IMG/VR virus record: IMGVR_UViG_3300037042_006844
Coordinates: 1-64,000 of that record
DNA: 64,000 bases
Reading direction: 5' to 3' (one strand)
A model generated the notes under the pieces. It did no database searches and was not told the DNA's origin. It worked only from the letters and a program-made list of their open reading frames with translations. Positions 26,829 through 35,200 of this stretch are shown here, one piece after another (within the stretch, counting starts at the first letter, position 1; each line of letters begins with the position of its first letter). A program made the position numbers and the translations under genes.

Positions 26829-28037
26829 TTATAACAACCAAGTTAGTGACTCTTTTTTGCCAGTATGCGCTGCGCCGGTGTCGAATTTCCAAGTTTCTTG
26901 AGGAGATTGGATGATTTTGGTCTGACTTGCGGGTCCTGGAGTAGTGTTTACCACCTTTTTAATGCCACTCAGCATGGTGCGTGTGTATAGCATTTGCTCG
27001 GTTCGTATTTTTAATGCGGTGTCTCGCACCCAAAGACCAATACCCAACGACATCACAAGATCGTCGTTATAGCCTTTCATTGCTTCAGCTTTAGCACCGT
27101 TCCAAATAAACACATTAAGCTCTTCGTAAAGACGGACACTACGAATTACAATTTGTTGTTCACGGAAAAACGCCTCCATTTTGTTGATAATGAGTTGGCG
27201 GTTGATGTTTGTCGTTGTGAATCCGGGAACTGCTTTTTTCTCAGTATTATTGAGTTTATTGCTATAAGTTCGCTCTATATCGACAACTTTTAGATCAGAT
27301 GAACTGTAAAAAAGATTTTGGTATTCTCTGTCTATAATTTGCTGCAACGATGCCCAACCAATGTTATTGTTTTCAACGACCAACAAAGCATTGTTATATT
27401 CAGTTGCCACTGTTACCAACAAATTTCCAAAATCTTTGGTTGTAATCTGCCCTTTATATTCCGCAACTTGCTCCAAAGTTTCAACGTCAAATACATGAAA
27501 CGCGCTAAAATCCGCTCCGTCGCCGCGAGCGCAGTCGGCAGATATCATATAGTTTTTGCTGTAATCAGGACGTTCCCATATCCACAAATCCTGTGTGGCA
27601 CCACGTTTTTCAATGGGGTCTTTGATATAAGTTTTTTTGTAAAACTCCAAGACATCGACTGAGACGACTTGATTTCCAGATGTGCTGAAATCACAATTAT
27701 GCGATACAATTCCATCTACATTGAATATATTGCCGTTGCCGACATTTACAATATCATATAAATCGATTGCGGCATCGACTTTCGTAATGGATATAACTTC
27801 GATATCCGCGCCATCAACTCCTGTTATTTTTGAGCCAATTTTTATATCGCACGAACGAATTTCTATTGAATTAAAAATAAAAGGATGATTATCAGAACAC
27901 TTTATCGTCTTGCCATTACTCAAAAATATGACATAATGACAATCTTTTTTTAGCTTTCTAATACCCAAAAAATTTTGATATCCAGAAGGAGTGAGAATCT
28001 GGAATCTTGTGTTAAGCTTAACGTCAGGGATGTTCAT
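26829..28037 (-). CDS. gp17: Terminase large subunit C-terminal (nuclease) half with an N-terminal split-intein C-fragment
   Basis: IntC ending IVSHN followed by CDFSTSG; ISADCARGDGADFS, VVENNNIG, YNDDLVMS RNase-H-like terminase motifs. Confidence 0.92.
   Translation of the reverse strand: MNIPDVKLNTRFQILTPSGYQNFLGIRKLKKDCHYVIFLSNGKTIKCSDNHPFIFNSIEIRSCDIKIGSKITGVDGADIEVISITKVDAAIDLYDIVNVGNGNIFNVDGIVSHNCDFSTSGNQVVSVDVLEFYKKTYIKDPIEKRGATQDLWIWERPDYSKNYMISADCARGDGADFSAFHVFDVETLEQVAEYKGQITTKDFGNLLVTVATEYNNALLVVENNNIGWASLQQIIDREYQNLFYSSSDLKVVDIERTYSNKLNNTEKKAVPGFTTTNINRQLIINKMEAFFREQQIVIRSVRLYEELNVFIWNGAKAEAMKGYNDDLVMSLGIGLWVRDTALKIRTEQMLYTRTMLSGIKKVVNTTPGPASQTKIIQSPQETWKFDTGAAHTGKKESLTWLL
27696..28037 (-). 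mobile_element. Split intein C-fragment (114 aa)
   Basis: MNIPDVKLNTRFQILTPSG...CSDNHPF (block B)...LYDIVN (block F)...VSHN (block G). Confidence 0.88.
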
Positions 28038-28048
28038 AATGTATATGA

Positions 28049-28882
28049 TCAAATTAGATGAGAATATAAATTTTCTAATGAAATCTCATATTCGATACCA
28101 GTATTTTTATCTAGTATTTTAACTGTCGAATCCCCCCATAGACAATCGCATTCTTGAGCCGCCCCTTTTATGCCAGACAATTCGGTCTGTTGATCGCGCC
28201 ATGTTTGATCACGATCTGGATGCAAATTCCAAGGCAGACGAATGGTATTGAACTTGTTTTCACCGGCTTCGGCTGCCACCCACGTTTTATGGAAAAAATT
28301 ACCAACACCGTTTGGCGTTGATAATATGATCGCACGACCGCCGGTTGAAAGAGTGTATTGTGATGACAGCCAAATTTCTTCGATGTTGTCAATAAACGCG
28401 GCTTCGTCAATAATCAGCACAGAGAGTGCTGCTGAACGACCTGCGGTTCCCGCACTGGAAACAGCTTTGATTTGCGACCCGTTTTTGAGACGCAAGCTCA
28501 AACGGTTATCTTCCACGCACTGAACTTTCAACCACGCCGGAAGATTGTCATTTGCGAAACGAACTTTTGTGACAATTTCTTTGGCAGTTTCCTGAGTAAT
28601 GCTGATGATTAGAATATTTTTGTCGGTAAAAAACGTCATCAACCACAAACTATATGCTGCCGTTAGAGTGGAAATACCCATCTGACGACTTTTGAGAATG
28701 ATGTTGAGACTGTTTTCTACCAAATCTGTAAGAGCCTCTTCCTGAAATGGATACAAATCAAAATTACAGGTGCCGCGCACTGGATGTTGGATTTTCACAT
28801 ACTTCTTCATGAAGTATATGGGGTCTTCCAAACATCGTTTATACTCGGCTTTTATTAGCTCTCTGTAATTTTGCTGACTCAT
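28049..28882 (-). CDS. gp17: Terminase large subunit N-terminal (ATPase) half ending in a short split-intein N-fragment
   Basis: LYPFQ, LKSRQMGIS (Walker A), LIIDEAAF (Walker B), STPNG; then QECD followed by CLWGDST. Confidence 0.93.
   Translation of the reverse strand: MSQQNYRELIKAEYKRCLEDPIYFMKKYVKIQHPVRGTCNFDLYPFQEEALTDLVENSLNIILKSRQMGISTLTAAYSLWLMTFFTDKNILIISITQETAKEIVTKVRFANDNLPAWLKVQCVEDNRLSLRLKNGSQIKAVSSAGTAGRSAALSVLIIDEAAFIDNIEEIWLSSQYTLSTGGRAIILSTPNGVGNFFHKTWVAAEAGENKFNTIRLPWNLHPDRDQTWRDQQTELSGIKGAAQECDCLWGDSTVKILDKNTGIEYEISLENLYSHLI
28052..28144 (-). mobile_element. Split intein N-fragment (31 aa)
   Basis: CLWGDSTVKILDKNTGIEYEISLENLYSHLI-stop; block A only. Confidence 0.88.
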
Positions 28883-29489
28883 AATTCCCTTCTAATTCCG
28901 CAATGAACCCGTCAAGTTCTGCCAACCGAGCATTGATAATGGCGAGGTCTCTAGAGACATCTTCCTGGATTTTGCCCAAATCCGCACTGGTTTCCCACTT
29001 TTCAATAGTGCCATCTTCGTTGATAAATTCCAATGGCTTTCCTGTATGATCAACGCACCATTTCAACGTCTCGTCAAATTTCTTTTTGTATTCGCCCAAA
29101 ACACTGCGCTCGTTGCGAAGATCGCGGGCTTTATCAAAAAAGTCCCACGTTCCTTCCAGCTTCATTTGCGTTTCATTTTTTATAAAACAATCGTAACAAA
29201 ACTGAGTTTTTGGCCAAACTCGATCATCAAGATAATTTCCCCATCGAACATCGCAATTACAACCTTTGCAACGTTTTTCGATAATGATCGATTTTTTTGG
29301 AACTCGGCGTTTTTTACCGTCTTTCAAAACCCACTTTTTTCCACTGCTATCCTCCCATTCTTCACCCTCTTTACGAGTTGAATCATTGAGACTTTCAGTA
29401 TAACCAATTTGTATAAACGGACGACTACCATCTATATAGTCTTTGACAATAGCAAGATTACTTTTACCTTGAGCTTTCTTCATAACCAA
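28839..29489 (-). CDS. Hypothetical protein upstream of terminase, with a CxxC..CxxC motif
   Basis: CKGC...CYDC; overlaps the terminase start. Confidence 0.65.
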   Translation of the reverse strand: MVMKKAQGKSNLAIVKDYIDGSRPFIQIGYTESLNDSTRKEGEEWEDSSGKKWVLKDGKKRRVPKKSIIIEKRCKGCNCDVRWGNYLDDRVWPKTQFCYDCFIKNETQMKLEGTWDFFDKARDLRNERSVLGEYKKKFDETLKWCVDHTGKPLEFINEDGTIEKWETSADLGKIQEDVSRDLAIINARLAELDGFIAELEGNYESAKLQRANKSRV

Positions 29490-29501
29490 TATGTATTTGT
29501 T

Positions 29502-30554
29502 TTATTTACCAAAACCACTTTGTAGACCTTTAATGATGAACCCCCCAGTTATTTTATATGGTTTGCTATGAATGCTTGGATCGCGCACCACAATGCCTTC
29601 ATGCTTCTCCAAATCCCCAATTTCACTGGTGGCATTTTTAAGGATTTCATCGCCCAATTTGACCGTTGCGATGTAAACGATTGTATCATTAATGATCTTT
29701 TTGATATCTTCACCTTGAAAATCGGCACTGATATTTTTGCTGTCTGAAGCTTTGACAAACTGCTCACGGGTAATCAATGGAGTTTGAATGCTAATACCTT
29801 TCAGCCAATCTTTGAGAGATTTGGTAACGGGATTGCCGTCTGGATATAACGTAACTTTTTCACCCAATGGTCTGGTTAGATTTGGATTGGATTTGAACGT
29901 TGTGCCAATGCTGCCCAAAACTTTGAATCCGTATTTTTTAGCGACCGCATTCAATTTGTTGATGTAACTTTGCATTGCATCGTGGTCATAGTTGATTTCG
30001 GTTGCCACACGGCTTTTTACTTGCCCATCCTTGCCAATATTTTTTGGTTTGATTTCTTTCAATCCGTGAATTGCCAGAAAATTTCCGATGTCGCCATACC
30101 CAACTACATTGGTTTGCCCTTCCACATATTCGATGTTCAACAAAATGTTAGGATTGTCGAGCATTCCCAATTTTTTCAATTCCGATTTGGTGCTGGGAAT
30201 TGCTGCGTCGAATATATTAAGCACTTTGGCACCAATTTTAACGAATCCGTGTTCTTGACCAGAGGCGGGATCAGTGGGCCAGCGTTTCGCCAAATCGTCG
30301 GGTCGCATTCCTTGAATATCGAACGGTTTGGCACTACCACGGTCCATAACGAATTGTCCTTTTGACAAACGAATACTGGCGTTTACACCGTCAATTTTGA
30401 CACTTCCTGCGCCTTTTTTAAGTGTTTCAATGGTTTTGACAAATACGTCCACCAATTGTTTTCCGTTGGCGGCAAAATCGAACGGGTGGTCCATATGCCC
30501 TCCCGCGCCGCCTTCGGTCAATACTTCATAGAGTAGATTATTTAACTTGATCAT
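29502..30554 (-). CDS. Ligase-like (covalent nucleotidyltransferase superfamily) protein
   Basis: VKIDGVN (motif I KxDG), LNIEYV (III), EGIVVR (IV), YKITG (V); N-terminal EGGAGGHMDHP. Confidence 0.6.
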   Translation of the reverse strand: MIKLNNLLYEVLTEGGAGGHMDHPFDFAANGKQLVDVFVKTIETLKKGAGSVKIDGVNASIRLSKGQFVMDRGSAKPFDIQGMRPDDLAKRWPTDPASGQEHGFVKIGAKVLNIFDAAIPSTKSELKKLGMLDNPNILLNIEYVEGQTNVVGYGDIGNFLAIHGLKEIKPKNIGKDGQVKSRVATEINYDHDAMQSYINKLNAVAKKYGFKVLGSIGTTFKSNPNLTRPLGEKVTLYPDGNPVTKSLKDWLKGISIQTPLITREQFVKASDSKNISADFQGEDIKKIINDTIVYIATVKLGDEILKNATSEIGDLEKHEGIVVRDPSIHSKPYKITGGFIIKGLQSGFGK

Positions 30555-30577
30555 TAACTATAAATATATGACGAAAC

Positions 30578-30606
30578 AAAAAAACCCCGCCTTTTTAGTG
30601 GCGGGG
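30578..30606 (-). terminator. Terminator after the endonuclease-GNAT gene
   Basis: CCCCGCC-8 nt-GGCGGGG stem with a T-tract on the minus strand. Confidence 0.8.
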
Positions 30607-30634
30607 CTGTTTAGGCTATCTCAGTGTTGTCAAT

Positions 30635-32143
30635 TCACATAGGTCGAGTCCACTCAAACTTAAAATGCCCGCAATCCCATATTCTGTCATATCCATTTAT
30701 TTGCATATTTTTCCATTCGCTCAAATTTGTGTCAAATTGTTTGAGTTTTTTATTGAGCTTATGCTTTTGAAAGTGCGATCTGCCAATTGGAACACAATTA
30801 TTTGTATGGAAATAATGATACCCAGCTGGTGTATGTGACACAAATCTCATGCCTATATTTTTATACACGGACCCAGTAAATAATCTTTTATCGGAGTATG
30901 TTACTACTGAATTAACATCGTAATTTTTTACAAAGTGCGCAAACAATTTAGATGCACCACCCACAATATGCGTATTGAGAGTATTGCAATAACGAGATAA
31001 TTCATATTGATATTTTTTATCGTATCTAGACTTGACAAACGTCATAATGGACAATAGAACGTCATCTTTATACAACCCGATTCTTATTGAAGATGTGTCA
31101 TCCCCCTGAATATGATTTTTGATTAAAAACTCCGTTTTATCAACGTTTGAAACTTCTTTAATTACGCATTTCCGAGCATGAAATTTCTCAGATTTTTTAA
31201 TTTTATTTAGCAATATACTTTTGACGATATCTTGTTTGCATTTCCACTCCCAATCCCAAATGTGCATCAATTCAATATTTTTTTCCGCACATCTATTTGT
31301 TTTCGACAAATGGTATTTTTTATTCTTTTTACCAGCCAACTCGCCATGCCAATATATGCCGTCGCATTCTATAGCCATATTTAACTGCGGCAGTAAAATA
31401 TCGATCTCCTCTCCGCCCAATATTGTTCTATCGTGTGGCTTTGTAACAACGTTATATTCATGCAAAAAACTCAAAATTTCTGTTTCTATGGAAGACGCGA
31501 ATCTGTTGTGTGGATTGCAATTCAAGCATCGAGGAATGTTCCCAGAATACAGATTATCTTCAAAATTATTGCCGCATTTACAACAAGTAAATTTGTATAG
31601 GGTATCATAAGAAGAACCGGCGTATTGTTCGCGGGTAAATAACGGGGTAACGATATTATGCAGCCTGCCCCCATCAAATATATCCGCCACGGTCTCGCTC
31701 GCAATTCTGGCGCGATGTTTTTCTTTAACAGCGTCCAATTGAGAAACGTTTGTAATATTATTATCGACTAAATATTGTTTATATTTTTTTGATTCGAATC
31801 CAATTTGCTTTGATTCGAGTCGTTTCTGTGTGCTTTTGAGTGTATTCGGAGATACATTCATGCCATATTTTTCATTATTCGTTTTTAGCATTTTATCGCG
31901 ATTATTGAAATGCTCGTCACCATATTTTTCCAATTTCGTGCGTTTTGCTTTTTCTAAATTGTTGTAATTTTCATCGCCGTATTTTTCTTTCAACGTAGAT
32001 TTCATGTTCAAAACCATTTTATCATACGCCCCATTTTCTCGTTTTTGGCGTATTTTGTCTTTGACATGTGGTAATTGCGATGGATGATACACACCATATT
32101 TTTTGAAAAAAGCGTCTCTTATTTTTTTACCTCGTTCGGTCAT
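30635..32143 (-). CDS. Hef-like free-standing endonuclease (DUF559-like core) fused to a C-terminal Mom-like GNAT domain (ATG at 32143)
   Basis: KYG repeats, CCKCG..CLNC Zn ribbon, SSIETE...EIDILLP...IECDGIYWHG nuclease core; NHIQG, ELSRY, VVTYSD, GSVYKNIGM; AAGGAG SD. Confidence 0.8.
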   Translation of the reverse strand: MTERGKKIRDAFFKKYGVYHPSQLPHVKDKIRQKRENGAYDKMVLNMKSTLKEKYGDENYNNLEKAKRTKLEKYGDEHFNNRDKMLKTNNEKYGMNVSPNTLKSTQKRLESKQIGFESKKYKQYLVDNNITNVSQLDAVKEKHRARIASETVADIFDGGRLHNIVTPLFTREQYAGSSYDTLYKFTCCKCGNNFEDNLYSGNIPRCLNCNPHNRFASSIETEILSFLHEYNVVTKPHDRTILGGEEIDILLPQLNMAIECDGIYWHGELAGKKNKKYHLSKTNRCAEKNIELMHIWDWEWKCKQDIVKSILLNKIKKSEKFHARKCVIKEVSNVDKTEFLIKNHIQGDDTSSIRIGLYKDDVLLSIMTFVKSRYDKKYQYELSRYCNTLNTHIVGGASKLFAHFVKNYDVNSVVTYSDKRLFTGSVYKNIGMRFVSHTPAGYHYFHTNNCVPIGRSHFQKHKLNKKLKQFDTNLSEWKNMQINGYDRIWDCGHFKFEWTRPM

Positions 32144-32170
32144 ATACAATACTCCTTATCTAATAGATAC

Positions 32171-32198
32171 ATATTAACACACATGTCAAAAATGTCAA
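32171..32198 (-). promoter_or_regulatory. sigma70-type promoter of the endonuclease-GNAT gene
   Basis: TTGACA (32198-93), 16-nt spacer, TGt-TAATAT (32176-71); a second TTGACA lies at 32189-84. Confidence 0.65.
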
Positions 32199-32208
32199 AA
32201 ATATAAAC

Positions 32209-32238
32209 AAAAAAGGAGAGCAATTTCTTGCTCTCCTT
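32209..32238 (-). terminator. Terminator after the tail sheath gene
   Basis: 11-bp stem AAGGAGAGCAA/TTGCTCTCCTT with a T-tract on the minus strand. Confidence 0.9.
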
Positions 32239-32257
32239 GTGAATGAGGTTTTATTAG

Positions 32258-35200
32258 TTATGCGCTAAAAGTTGCGCCAGTAGGCATAATGTTGAAATCA
32301 AGCATGATGAATTCAGCAGTTCTGGTTGGCTGGATATAAATCTGACCATAGAGGATATTTCTATCGATCAAATCAGGTGTGTTGTTTTCAGCATCCATTT
32401 TAACTTGGAATGCGTAAACACCGTTGCGCTGTTGGACACTCTCCAAGTATGGGTTAACAATTGCCAAGAAACGGTTGCGAGTTGCAGCAACGTTTTGTTC
32501 GAAAACAAGGTAGTTGCTTGAGCTTGCAATGAATTTCTTGAGGTTGATCAACAGACGGCGAACATTCACACGATCCGTTGCGCTTGGTGCGAGTTGGAGG
32601 GTTTTTTGACCCCACACCACGATGCCTTGGCCTGGGAATGCCACGATTGGGTTGACACGATTTTCATACAATTGATCACGTTCTTGGTGATTCAAGCGGT
32701 CAAGGACTTGCACTGCTTGAGGGATACCACCACGATTCAAACCTGCTGGAGCATACCATTCGGCGGCAGCGTTGTCGTTTGCTGCATAGATGCTTGGCAG
32801 AACCACAGAAGGTGGAACGCTGATGATTTTGTTCATGTTGGTGTCAAGAATCTTGACCCAAGGATAGTAGGTTGCGACATAGTTACTGTCGATTGTTGCA
32901 ACGCTGTTAATTGCTGCTTCAATCAAACCTACGCTTTGGTTGCTTGCTGGGAACACCACGTTGTCCATGATGTAGAAACAATCACCACGGGCTTCACACA
33001 TAGTGATGGTTAAGTTGGTAACATAGCTGTGTTGTTCACAGAAGATACCTGGGAGCACAATCAAGTTGATATCCCATTCATCAGAATTACTGAGGGCAGC
33101 GATACATTGTTTGTATGCAATGCTACCAGGACTCTTGATGGTTGTGCAATCCATACCTTGGGTGTTACCAGCGGTAATGTCGCTTCCGACGTTGATCGGA
33201 ATTGCAGGCCATTGACCGTCGAAACCACCTTGGAAACCAACCACGAATTTACGCAATCTCACGTAAATAGGCTCGTTAACTGGATCGTAGACACTTGGAA
33301 TACTACCACTCAACTCTGGGGCGAGCAGCGAACCTGTGCTTGCTGCGACACCTTGAGCATAATACTTAGCATCTGCATAGCCCCAAACCTTGGCTTCAAG
33401 ATCAAAGTCGATGTTGTCACCATTTTGATCGTTGCCGCCATAGTATGGAAGTGGCTTGAACCATTGCTGGGTATCAGTTGCAACACCAACTCCAAATGAA
33501 GAGGTTGGATAGAGATGTGCGATTTCATCACTTGCTTCTGGAACTTCTCCGAACACCGTTCCAGATGGATATTTACCTGGTGCCAGACCGTAGATACTTG
33601 CTTTGCTGTAACGGACTGACGGCAACAAATTGCTCAAAGTTCCGTCGATAGGAGCATAATATCCTTCGAATCCATAAGGAATAACGCTTTCTGCGTAAGG
33701 CATGTCAGTCATTTCGATTCTGACATACTTACTCAAATTAACGTAAGTTCCGTATTCCACAATTTTACCTGCAAAGGTAATATATGCATAACGATCACCG
33801 ATACGACGAGCCACAAAGTTTGCGCTGTCTGGATCAAGGTTCAAGTTTTGGAAGATTTCCAAATACTTAGGACGTTTATCGGTATCACTGTATGCACGAA
33901 CTGCAAGAGTGAATGTGCCCCAGGCGCTTCCTGGAACAGTTCCAGCCAACTTGACGTTGCTGATTTCAATCTTGAATTTTCTGTTTGCCAAATTGCCATC
34001 GCTCAGAGTATGAACTTTGAACAATTTGAATTTGGTTGCGGTTGCGCTTTCATCTGCACTACCTTTGAATGGCGCAATTTGTTGTGAATAAATCCAAGGA
34101 GTTTTTGCATTGGTGATTGCAAATTGTGAGTCTCCGCTATTTGGATCATATGAATATTGGTCAACAAACTTCATGGACTCACCAACGCTGAATCCGGTTG
34201 TTGGTGCTGTTGCGACCTGAATTCTCCAACCACCACCTTCATCTGCTGGACGGGTTTTTTCCGCCAAGAAACGTTTGATGCTGTCTTCGAATAGCACGTA
34301 GTTGTATGCTGCTTCGATTTTTTGACCGGCAACTTGTTTTGCTGGATTACCAACTGTTGGGTCCATACCAAACACGTCTTTGATGTAGTTATTTGCGTTT
34401 TCTTCCATCGAGAAATCGTAATAACCGTATGTTCCAGAAGAAACATTGCCATCTGGATCTGAGAAGTTATAGCGAAGTGCCAATTGATATTGGTTTTCGT
34501 TTGGATTGACTTGTCCTTTGTATGGATACACAGAACTTGTCAATTGAGCAACCGTTGAATCTCCGAATCCGGAAACCGCATAGTTGCTGTCAAACTCGGT
34601 TGAGCCATTTTGGGTATTTGCCAACACGCTCAACACCATGTTTTTGCGGGTGCTTGGATTTGGATTACATGGGTCAGAACCACCATTTGCAACCGAGACG
34701 AACGTTCCATTGAATGGACCATATTCGCCACTGACGATGCCGAGGAATCTCAATGCTGCACCGCAAGTAGCTGCACTGCGAACAGTTGCAAAACTTGCGC
34801 TGTGAACAACCAATGCAGTAGTTGCATCAAACGTGTCCTTATCATAGTCCAAAGTGATTTGATCAAAAGGAGTGGTGGTATTCAACATCGAAGAACTCAA
34901 ACGAAATGCCGTTTCAGTGCTTTCGTTGATTGCTGTTGATATTTGAATGGCTTCTGTGGTTTGCAAGCCTTGAGCACTCGATGTTAGATAGAAATAGCCA
35001 ACTGCGCCAGATGGAAGTGACCCTCCAGTAAACGGACGGACCAACTTGCCACTTGCAACTGTGCCGAGGCTAACTTGTTTGCCAGCATAAATTAAGCTAC
35101 CGCTGAGAGTGCCAGTGCCGTTATAATTTGCTGGATAATTGCTGGTCAATGCTGTTGAACCGAAACGAGCATTGATGCTGCCGCTCAAAATCAGTTCTGA

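Noticed and set aside
28037-28052. Terminase break as a simple sequencing frameshift or pseudogene
   Set aside because: The break falls at the position and fragment sizes typical of atypically split TerL inteins, with a plausible stop/start arrangement; read-level confirmation is still advisable.
28839-29489. Terminase small subunit assignment for the gene upstream of TerL
   Set aside because: The position is suggestive but no gp16-like motif was recognised, so it is left as hypothetical.
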